The notes under the pieces: generated by a model
Databases searched by the model: none
What the model saw: only the letters and a program-made list of their open reading frames with translations
What the model was told of the DNA's origin: nothing
Program-made: the position numbers and the translations under genes
Assembly: GCA_028534125.1 (NCBI GenBank)
Contig: CM052817.1
Location: forward strand, 69,504,001-69,568,000
From: Lama glama
Lineage: Eukaryota
Direction: 5' to 3'
DNA: 64,000 bases
Shown here: piece by piece, positions 54,040 through 64,000 of the stretch
Numbering within the stretch: the first letter of the stretch is position 1
Layout: every line of letters begins with the position of its first letter

Positions 54040-54300
54040 GTCAATTCCACAAAGCTTTGAAAACCGAAAGTGCTTTTCAGAACGCATCTGATGGCAAAAT
54101 ATGACTAAACTAACACAAAGCTATTTATAATTTATATTATTTACCCACCTACAGTAATGTGATGATGCTACGCTGGCTGTACATGATATACAGATGATAT
54201 GCAGTCTATGCAGCTAGTGCCTTTCTAAAATGTAGAAATATGTGCAGGTTTCAAAACATACCTGGCCCCAATGGTTTCAGATAAGGGAGATGGGACCGTA
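54040..54300. mobile_element. ancient Tigger-type MITE remnant (Tigger15-like)
   Basis: Right end CATACCTGGCCCCAATGGTTTCAGATAAGGGAGATGGGACCGTA resembles the TIR region of this family. Confidence 0.5.
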
Positions 54301-55664
54301 TTGAAAACTGAGAGTGATTTTACAGGCTCTTCTTCCGTAGTACTTGTATGCATTCCTGACAAATCCTGCATCCTGCAAAATCGTTCACTTAAAGTAATAG
54401 GCTCATGGGGACAATAAAGTTGCAATCATTCAAATTATATGCAAGTTTGTGAACAGAGGAGTAACAAAAATAATTGAGCTAACTGGCAAAAATAATAAAT
54501 AACAGTAAATATAAACATCTTATGATCTCAGCAGGCTGCAGGCTGCCTCAGGGGATGCTAAAAGTACACAAAAATATTGAGATGGGATACAGAACAGGGG
54601 GAGCTCTGAGAACAGGTGAAATGCAGCTTGCTGGGAACTCAGAGTCCTGCAAAATGAAGAATGCCCCTCTCTGAGGAGGGAGCCCACAGCACAAGAGCTC
54701 ATTTTGAATTTTCATGAAATAGAGCTTAAAGGGCTCCTGTCTGTAGAAGCTGAGTTGAAGGAGTTCCTTTCCAGCTGAAAGTGCTACTTCTACTTCTGTT
54801 GTTCTGGCTTCTTTTGCCATAGGAAAACTGCAACAAAAATTACACTTTAATCTGATGTTATTCTGTTATTTACCAATCACAGACTCAACTGTATTTAAGA
54901 TCACAGCCATTGGAGTCAGACTGACTAGGACTGAACCTTACCTAGCTGAACACAGTAAAGGGGAAAAAAAGATATAAAGCCTGCCTGCAATCCTGACCTC
55001 AAGGAGCTCACAATCCAGCCAGAACAAGAGTCCGGTAAGATGCTACACTAGAGCGATGGTAAGTGACAGCTATGAAAAATGAATGAAAACATCTCCCTAG
55101 ACTAAGACTTGACTGGAATAGTGAAGCTGTGGCCAGGCCTAGAAGAATCAGCAAGCCATAATTTGTAATCCCTTTTACTGTGAGACTGCTGAGACATAAG
55201 AAGAAAAATACTGAATCTGTACTTAATCAGCTGCTTCTCCTTGGAGAAACCACTTCACTTTTCTGGGCCTTTATTAGCAAAAGCCACTTAACATTTTGTT
55301 AGTGAAATCAGATAAAATGAGATGCTAGAGGTGCAAACACATTGAGGAGAGGGCTCCACAAAGGTGAATTAAAAAGCTAAGGTTTCCTGGGTGCTTTCTA
55401 AAGCCAAGCACTTGTCCAAGTGCTTTACATAGATGCTTCCTTTAATCCTCTGCTACATGTGTTCTGTTACAAACCTGCATCTTCACAGATGAAAAACTGA
55501 GGGAGAAAGGGGTTAAAGGGTTAAACAAACTGGCCTAGGTAGGCCCCAGATGATAGCCCAGGAAGAGTATGAGTTAAGAGCCTGGACTCTTTAACAGCTG
55601 CTAGTTTTTTCCTGGCAGTAGTGGACACTTGAAAATAACAAAGCTATATTTAAAATCATATTCT

Positions 55665-55924
55665 TTCTTCAATAAGTTATAACTGATTTACAATGTTGTG
55701 CTAGTTTCTGGTATACAGCATAGTGATTCAGTTATACATATATATTATTTTTCATGTTCTTTTTCATTATAGGTTATTACAAGCTATTGAATATAATTCC
55801 CTGTCTGTACCATAGGACCTTGTTGTTTATCTGTTTTATGCACAGGAGTTTGTATCTGCTAATCCCAAACTCCTAATTTATCCCTCTCCCACCCCTTTTC
55901 CCTTTGGTAATCATAAGTTTGTTT
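55665..55924 (-). mobile_element. 5'-truncated L1 3'UTR fragment
   Basis: GATTTACAATGTTGTGCTAGTTTCTGGTATACAGCATAGTGATTCAGTTATACA...GTATCTGCTAATCCCAAACTCCTAATTTATCCCTC; similar flanks AAAATCATATTCTT / AAAATTGTATTCTT. Confidence 0.88.
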
Positions 55925-58232
55925 AAAAATTGTATTCTTCAATTCAAATTGTTTTTATTACTCAAAGAACCTTTCTCCTTTCTTTCAAAATATTAAGATT
56001 TTCCTGTTTCTACAGCATTAATTCCTGGTAGCAGTCATTTCTCCTGAATCAGTACACTTGTCTTCACTAATTTAAAACTTAAGTAGTATAACTGTATCAG
56101 CATCCTCAAAGTCAAGTGACAGATGGCAGGTACAGGTCATTCTACAATCCATGATGTTTGTACAATGTGAACTTTTGCACAAAAAATTTGAAACTCTAAC
56201 TCAACTTCCACACCCAGTAGGGGTCTTCCCTAACTACATGATAAAGGTTGGCACCAAGGTGCTGTATCATTAGGTCCATTCTAATCACTGGAGTTAAGGC
56301 AGGGCTTCAGCTACCTCAGCCAAAGGGTGTGCATGTGGGACCAGCTAAGTCAAGGATGAGCAGCCCCTAGACCTTTGTGTCTTCCTCATATCCCTTTGTT
56401 GAACTGAAGGCACCTCTGGGAAGCTGCATCCATCACTGCCTTTATGAAGCACCTTGAATGTAGATATTATCTCTATCATCAACCTCACCTCATGGAACAT
56501 CATTTTCTGCTTATTATCTGTTACCACTACAAGATGAACTTTTTAGGGGCAAGGGCTATGGATCCCCAGCACAAGCACAGTGCATAAGATGAAGTACTTG
56601 CTCAGGTGCTGAATATAATATGGACACTAACATTGTCTACAATAAAAATATTTATTTTAATATTACAGTGTTTTCATATGTTATATGATCATGAATCATT
56701 TACAAGAACAGTAATAACTAGATGGTAGCATGACAAAAATGAGCATTTCCATAGAGTCATACATTTATAATGCTTGAAAGGACCTTGGAGATCATCAATT
56801 TTTTTTTAAACAAATTAGGTCCAGAGATGTTAGATGGTCTTCCCAATAGCTGGAAGTCAAGCTAGATTTTGAAAGTTCCTACCTAGCATTTTATTTTCCT
56901 ACTACATCCTAAACAAGGATGTAAGTCATTTTGGCTAAAGAAGAGCTTTTGGAATAAAGTCAAATTGGAGACTTATTATCATTAGGAATGTTCAGGACTC
57001 AAAAGTGGACATGTGTACTTTTATGTACGGACGGATGCAAGGCAGCGTCTCTAATAGGAGAAAGCAGATTGTGGGAAATAGTCAATAAAGGGAAGCATAA
57101 CATATATGACTCTTGACCTCTCTTTGTATGTTTTAGAAATCAAAGTCATCTGGAAGGATTACATAAAGGAAAAAGCAGTGCTTCCCAAACTTGCATGTGA
57201 CACAATATGCTGAGGTAAATGGACACTTCATCTCCGGTACAAGGTAAGTGTCTCAGGGGCTCCAGCTGCCCTTGAGTTACCTTGAGGGCTAAGACCAACA
57301 GTAGCTTGTAAACCTGTAACCCATTCTTTCCAGTTGGTCTACTATTGAGTAGAACAAAATAGAGCTTTAAGGAATTAAGGCTTGAGTTCAAACTCTAAGA
57401 AAACAAAGGAAAATTCTGCACAATAATAATAAACTGGCTGCATAAACCCTCAAGAAAGGAAAGTAATCCCATCTCCCATCTACCATGTATATACACTGCT
57501 AACCAAAAGTTTCATTCAAACTCATGAGCTCTTTCCCTATCACTTTAGCACTAAGTCTGTCACTTCACAAAAAAAGCCTGTATCCTATATGAGAGTTTTT
57601 TGGTCACATGGAAGAATTTCTGAACAAGGACATTCCCGGATCAGTCTGAACCCACAGGTAATGATGAGTGATGAATATCCTTGGCATGAATACCACATAT
57701 CCCTTTGCAAGCTTTTTATTTTGCAAGCTGTCCATACTGCAGCATGAAAACTTCTATTAGATTCCCCTGAGCTATGAAGCAGGTAGAAGATTTAAGCAGG
57801 TAGAAGATTTTAGCAGCCCTGAACACAAGGCAGCCCACAAAAATATGGATTCAACTACAGGAAATAATAGACGGTCACCATTGTAAACTATTTTATGCCT
57901 GGAGCCAACCCACAAAACTAATGCAATAATAGAGATTCTAAGTTAAAGCTGGAAATTGCTACCCAGGTCAGGCTATCCCTGGAGCCCAGATAGGATTACT
58001 TTGGGTGCATTCTGGAACCCCACAGCTGGTCTAGGTTTTCACTGTCTCATATAATGGACTTTCACTATTTCCTTTAATAATCCTCAACCCCCTGCCTTGG
58101 ATTGGATAGTCAGTCTGAATTTATCTTTTCTCAATTTTAGCTTTTCATTCCTCCTTTATTTCAGACAAGGCTTAAAAAAAAATTCCCATATCCCTGTGGA
58201 ATTATATCTAGATTTTATTACTTAGTTCTTAC

Positions 58233-58320
58233 CTTTTTGCAGCTCTTGCCTTTGTTTCTTTGATACATTGGTCACTTTTGTCTGAAATCTGGCCAACCTG
58301 TCAAATTCCCTCAGGTAAGT
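58233..58320 (-). CDS. candidate internal coding exon (88 nt) of an unidentified gene
   Basis: Minus strand: ...TATTCTGGATTTCAG | exon | GTAAGA, with AAG before the donor. One open frame: TYLREFDRLARFQTKVTNVSKKQRQELQK. Lies in repeat-free sequence. Peptide not recognised. Confidence 0.3.
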
Positions 58321-59209
58321 CTGAAATCCAGAATAGATGCATTAAAATAGACAGAACAGTTGATTGGTCAGGGTGCTGCAGCATAAATCTGCTCTCCATT
58401 CTACTATTCACATGTTTATTAAGAGAAAAGAAATGACTTTGGTGCTATATGTCTTGGTTTTTCTGTTCATAAAATCTAAAATAATACTTTTGTGGTTTCT
58501 CCCAGCCTCCTGTGACAATAGATTTTCTCTGAAATAAAAACAATTTCCTATTAATCTGGTATTATAAGGATGCAAACTAATTTTTTGCTAGTTCTGTGCT
58601 GAGTCATGACAAATGAAGTAATAGTGTTGTTTTCATCTTTATGCCGTCTTTTAACTCCGCCAACCCATATTTCCATGCACCAGTCTTAAAGAGTTTGCTC
58701 TCAATGGCAGGAATTGCTCGGATGCAATTGTTTGAGCAACTGATGTGAAATAAATTATCTTACTTGCAGAAAGAAAGAAGGATAATGCTTACAGGCCTAT
58801 TCAGACCAAGGAAATAGTACTCTTGCCTATAGTGGTTTCAATTTGAGTTCCACTCCATTTGCAGTCAGTTATGGAATGAAAATCTATCAATTTATAGTGC
58901 ATAAGTAATCTTTCCTTTCCAGTGCTAGAAACGAAATGTCTACTAAACGTAGCAGTTATTGAGGAAGAAAACATTATGCCAGTAAACATAACAGAATGTC
59001 ATATCTCACACAAAATAATCTGTTTTAAATTCCCTTTATCCATACACATTAAAATAGCAACAAAAAATTTTTCATTTTTGATGAAAGATTATCCCCTAGT
59101 TAGAATCAAACATCCTAGTAAGTAAAGCTGTTTTTTATAATTTGGGGTTTTTTAGTTGTTGGTGGAGTTTTTGTTTGTTTGTTTGTTTGTTTAGAATTTT
59201 TTTTAGAAG

Positions 59210-60110
59210 TGTATTTGTTTGGGTCCTCTAAGGAGCATGAGTTCTCTGGGAAGCATGTATCAAGACGGTATTAGATGTGTAAGGTATTCAGTCTCTAAGA
59301 TAGCCGCCCGTGATTCCCACCTCGTGTTCATGCTTGTGTAATCCTTAAGTGTGGGCTAGCCAAGTGACTTGTTTTTAACCAGTAGAACTGGACAGGTAAT
59401 GAGATGTCATTTCTGTGATTAAGCTACCAAGTGTTGTGACTTCAATTTTATAGAAGTCTCTCTCTTTTTCTTTCTAGATTTGATGAAGCAAGCTATCATG
59501 GTGGGAACACTTATGAGGCAAAGGACTAAGGAAGGCCTCTAGCCAACAGTCAGAAATGAACTGAAGTCCTCAGTAGAACAGCCCACAGAAACTAAATCCT
59601 GTAAACCCTTCTGTAGTTGAACTTCAGAGGAGACTCAGCACCGGTTCACACTCTGACTTCAGCCATATAAGAAGCAGAAGGACCTGGCCAAGCCACACCC
59701 ATATTCCTGACCCACAGTAACTGTGAGATAATAAGTGCATGCTGTTATAAAACAGTAAGTTTGGGGATAATTTGTTACACAGCAATATATGACTAATACA
59801 ACGTGCAGGTAATATATTGGGGAAGAAAGCAGAAGGAGGCAAGGAGAGCCTTCTAACTATTATGGAGGTCTGACATATAATAAAGGATAGAAAGAAGGAA
59901 GGAGAATTGGGCTGCAAGAGTCTGGACTGCAGTATAATCCCAAGGAAAGTTTCCCATTGGAAGATGGGAATGATCCTGCCTTGGTACACTTGCCATGCTC
60001 AGTCATTGGTTGAGAGCACTCTGAAAGAACTGTAGTAACACAAATGTGGTGGTGAATCTAGAAGGGTAGCATCTGGAGCCCCACAGCAGAAGATCTGACT
60101 TGGGTATTTA
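59210..60110 (-). mobile_element. ERVL LTR (LTR16-like) split by an MLT1 LTR
   Basis: GAGTTCTCTGGGAAGCA...TTAGATGTG on the left resumes as ACGTGCAGGTAATATATTGGGG...GGAAGGAGAATTGGG...CCATGCTCAGTCATTGGTTG on the right. Confidence 0.65.
59280..59800 (+). mobile_element. MaLR solo LTR (MLT1E-like)
   Basis: CTCTAAGATAGCC...AGTGTGGGCTAGCCAAGTGACTTG...TTCCTGACCCACAG...TTTGTTACACAGCAATATATGACTAATACA; flanks ATGTG / ACGTG. Confidence 0.85.
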
Positions 60111-60754
60111 CATGCTGCAGACAAGAAGCAAACTAATAACACAATAGTAGAAAGAAAAGAGAAATTATAGTGCTTTTTAAAATCATATCATGTAAGATGC
60201 TCCTGTAGCCTGTTCCACCTTGTCAGTTGTATTGCCCATGGAGGGGAGGGAAACAACTGTTAAGGAGCAAGAGGACTTGAGGAAGTAGGAGCATCAGTGC
60301 TATCACCACTTCTGTGCATCTCCCTCACTGATGTCTCATCTGCTGGGTCAACAGCCTCTATCATTTTTGTTTGGAAAGCTCTTGCTTTCTTGAGTAGGGG
60401 ATATAGTCTGACTGCAATCTTATACAAAGGAGTCTTTTTAAAAATAAAATGTTTCTTTAAAGACAAAAAAAGAAGGAATAAAGGGATAGGAAGAAAAATG
60501 TGACTTGACTGAGGAAAAATAAGACACAAAGGCAGACAGAGAGAAATACCAACATGTGTTTTATGTCTTTGGATAATTATTGAGCATATTTCAGTAAGCA
60601 TGAGATTGTCTTTTATTTTATAATAAGACAGAAATATATCATGTATGTGAGGAATCTGAATATGACTGTCAACAACTTTTCAATTAACTTTGAAGTGCTT
60701 ACATTTATTAACCAGAATAAAAAAAATGATCCAGTTCATAATCTAAGTTTTAGA

Positions 60755-62370
60755 CTCACTGTGCCAGACTGCCATAGAGGAATACTGAAGAAAGGGACAG
60801 GAGTTTCATAGAAGTAGAAAGATTAGAGTAGATGAATTATATGAGACCAGAGAATCTACCAGTTAACTGTGTTCCCAGGAGGGACTAAAAGATCTTCCCT
60901 TCACTAAGGAATCATTGAGAAACTCAAGAGGCTGTTTTCTGTGGGCCAGGAGTGAAAGTAGGATATGCTTCCATGGGATTTCCATGGGGCCCTCTAATGT
61001 CAGTATGTACGACATGATTTCAGAATAGCCAAGGCCCTGTTTCAGCACTCAACAATTAGAGGCAACACGGACGTAATTACTGTAATAGGTGGCAAGGCCA
61101 GAATGACAGTCAGGAGCCCTTGACTACTGGAATCTACGGCAATGACTAATATATGACCCTGTCTTGTTCCCAGAGGCAAGACAGATGAGCAGTCAGTGAA
61201 AATGTTGCTCATCCTATATAAACATAAGAGATCAAGTGCTGGTGAGCAAAAACCAACGTCAACCATCAGATGGGAAAACCATGGTTCCTTACCCAGCTCT
61301 GTTTCTGAACCAGTCAACTGCAAGGAAGTCCTGAGAAAGGACTCCACTTGGAAGCTCACTCAGCTACAAGCCAAAACAAGAATATATATTGTATATTATG
61401 TTATGCCCAAAAGGAACCTACAGCCGTTTTCCAGAATAACTACATAGGAGAAAAGGAAATACTCAGATCTTTTGAAATTTACTGGATATAGAATCAGAGC
61501 TGACACTGATACTAGTGGACACAAAATTCCATATAAGACTAAAATTACATTAAACTGAGTGTAATTGGTTCAAAGAGTCTATGGATCCACTCAGTGATTT
61601 CCCCAGTCCCTGAGTGCATAATCAGAATGGATATATTTAGCAACTTTCAGAACTGTCACATTATTTCTCAACTTATGGAGTAAGAGCCATCAGAGTGGAA
61701 AGGGTCACGTGAAGCCCCTAATACTGTCCCCAACATGTAATATAGTAAATAAAAAGCTACATCACATCCTTGTTTGGAAATACAACTGCTATCTCTGAGT
61801 CAAGAGATGCAGGGGTGTTGTTTCCTGTAATATTCGCATTTAGATAACCAGTATAGCCCTTCCAAAAAGAGAAAAAGAATGTATCATTGTAGGCCTTTAA
61901 AGGATGAAAAAGACAAGAGTGTCTGAGGCATGTGGACAAACCAATGGAAGTGGAGACAAATTATGCAGGATCTTTGCCTTACGTTCATGCCCACCAGAGA
62001 GCATCTACAGCAAACGAGATGCTGAAGATCCTGGGGAAAAAGATAACTCATCCAGTGAAGGTAAACAAGCTTTTGTCCTTAGCCACCCCCATGTTAGCAC
62101 AATGGGTTCATAAATAGAGCGGCCAGGATATCAGAGATAGAGGTAACCTATGGGTCCACCAATCACCTTGGGACCAGTTTCAGCAATGAGGACCGTGACT
62201 TATTCCACTAACACTCCCATTGAAAGTGTTCTGGGAGGATTTTTGTTTTGGTTTTTGCTTGTTTTATTTTATCATTAAGAAATGATGGCCAGCTACCACC
62301 CTGAAGTGTCAATAACAGAGTGGAAAACAGCATATGGGGCACGAATGTATCTGGGTAACATGATAGATAC
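60755..62370 (+). mobile_element. ERVL-class provirus internal remnant (gag, protease, RT start, RNase H/integrase start), heavily deleted
   Basis: Decayed translations: gag-like GLKDLPFTK (~60880); protease KGNTQIF*NLLDIESELTLI (cf. LLDTGSELTLI, ~61453-61512); VISPVPECII (~61594); YVHAHQRAST and LSLATPMLAQWVH (ORF 61932-62117). Confidence 0.85.
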
Positions 62371-62828
62371 TCTGTAGGAGACACTGTCGGTTCTCCAATC
62401 CATTTCCCCCATAGCAACAGCAATGGAAGAGAATTTACAGCATGCTGATAGCTTCCCTTCCCACTTGCCTATTCTCTTTTCCTCTCTGCCTTAGCGTTTT
62501 CTCTAGCACCTTGGAAGTGCACTCCACTATAAGCAGGTACAACCTGGAAGTATGGAAGAGTCAACATCCCAGGGTCAATTCTCAATCAATAAAGAATGAC
62601 TGCTGGTGGTTAAATGGCCCAGGATCCCCATCGTTCATGGAACGATTCTGAGATGTGTTATACATGGTTTCTTCCTGGAACAGTACCAATCCACAATTGC
62701 TTACCATAGTAACCCCACTTATTGATGCATCCTTTACTAACTTTTCTCCCTTCCTTTTCTTATTTCCTGTCATCCTTCCTGGGCTTACCTCCCTTATAGA
62801 CAGTCTACTCCCAGATTCTTGTCTTAGG
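62370..62828 (+). mobile_element. ERVL 3' LTR (LTR16-like), end cut by an L1 tail
   Basis: GCAGGTACAACCTGGAAGTATGGAAGAGTCAACATCCC...CTCAATCAATA...ATTCTGAGATGTGTT...CTTCCTGGGCTTACCTCCC...TTCTTGTCTTAGG, directly after the ERVL internal remnant. Confidence 0.65.
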
Positions 62829-62945
62829 TGGTAATCATTTCACAATACATAAATGCATCAAATCAACACATTGTACACCTTAAATGTACATAATGGCATA
62901 TGTCAATAATACCTCAATAAAGCTGGAAAAATAATAAAATACAAA
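62829..62945 (+). mobile_element. short L1 (L1MA-like) 3' end
   Basis: TGGTAATCATTTCACAATACAT...ATCAAATCAACACATTGTACACCTTAAA...ACCTCAATAAAGCTGGAAAA. Confidence 0.8.
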
Positions 62946-62989
62946 ATGAAAACAATAAAAGATAAAAAACACTAATCTTAAACATAAAC

Positions 62990-63995
62990 AGGCCCACATT
63001 AACATTAAAATTAAGAATATTTGTTCATTAAAATGCAACCTTAAGCAATTAAAAGGCAAACCATAGGGTGAAAAAAATTTTTTAACATATACAACAGTCA
63101 AAAGTCTCGTAAGTTAATATAAAAGGACCTTCTTGAAACAGATGAGAAAAAAACAAAGATAGGCAGACAATCCAGCAGAAAAAGAGGCCAGAGAACTTGA
63201 ACAGATATTTTTGGAAATAGGATATCCAAATGGTCAATAAACATGTAAACAGATGCACAACTTCATTATAATCAGGAAAATGAAAACTAAAATGACACAA
63301 ACTATCACTGCACAGCCTTCACATAGATAAAATCTGGATGATTGACCATTCCAAGTTTTGGCAAGCACTCAGACCAACAGGAACTCTTTTATGGTGTTCC
63401 TGAGAAGAGGGTTCAGCTGCCTTCGAAAATCCTTTATTATCTACTAGAGTTGAGAATAGGTATTCTCCATGAACTGATTTCACTCCTACCTAACTGAAAT
63501 GCATGCATATATGGTTCAAGAGACATATACAAGAATCACATGAGCACTAAGCCCATTACCTACAGAATGAACAAAAAAATTTGGCATATTCATAAATGGA
63601 CTAATGTAGTAAACAACATACAACTACACTCAACAATGTGAGGTAATCTTAACAATACAATGTTTAAGAAGCCAGATACAAAATAATATATAATGTATAA
63701 TTCCATTTAAATAAACTTCAAGGAAGGGAAAATTGACCATATTGTTTAGAGATGCCTTACTAAACATTCTATAAATAAAATCAGAGACAATTGCCATAAA
63801 GGAAGGATAGTGGTCCCCTTTGGGGCAGAGATGGTGTAGTAATTGGATGGAGGGAGAACATCTGAGGTGCTGACAATGTTCTGTTTCTTGTTCAAAATGA
63901 TGGTTACACAAATTTACACTTTGTGATTTATTGAGATATGCATTTATGTTTTATATATTTTTCTATACCTGTGTTCTATTTCATGAAAAAAGAGA
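62990..63995 (+). mobile_element. old L1 (L1MC/ME-like) ORF2 end and 3'UTR
   Basis: AGAACTTGAACAGATATTTT...GGATATCCAAATGGTCAATAAACATGTAAACAGATGCACAACTTCATTA...; 3'UTR GTGCTGACAATGTTCTGTTTCTTG...TGGTTACAC. Confidence 0.75.
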
Positions 63996-64000
63996 GGCTT

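Noticed and set aside
57777..57810. 17-bp tandem duplication AAGCAGGTAGAAGATTT x2; similarly CTTAGGGATCTCA x2 at 34122-34147
   Set aside because: Two copies with no spacers: ordinary slippage duplications, not an array or CRISPR-like structure.
1..64000. Remaining 60-130 aa ORFs in the track; any prokaryotic-type system (operon, CRISPR, defence island)
   Set aside because: The short ORFs are low-complexity, often non-ATG, overlap repeats and show no recognisable domains. The DNA is clearly mammalian, with no gene-dense segment or repeat-spacer array.

Overview
Mammalian genomic DNA: AT-rich, CpG-poor and dominated by interspersed repeats. Two tRNA-derived SINEs with a GGGGAGG(G)TA(T/C)AGCTCA(G/A)TGGTAGAG head point to a camelid (camel/alpaca/llama) genome; this is recognition from memory, not a database result. 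I see no prokaryotic features and no intact protein-coding gene I can name. Most ORF-track entries are decayed LINE-1, Tigger1 or ERVL fragments, or chance ORFs. Main content: a ~5.1 kb LINE-1 missing its 3' end and fused to an inverted 5' end of a second LINE-1; several other L1 fragments; a near-full-length Tigger1 and an internally deleted derivative; MaLR and ERVL LTRs; a decayed ERVL gag-pro-pol remnant; hAT, L2 and MIR fossils; and microsatellites. Some repeat-free stretches look like conserved non-coding elements, and a few exon-like units carry strong splice signals (best: 58233-58320, minus strand, overlapped by a plus-strand exon-like unit). The window is probably intronic or intergenic. 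I found no convincing new biological system; the findings are modest and testable. Repeat family names and boundaries are by eye and approximate.
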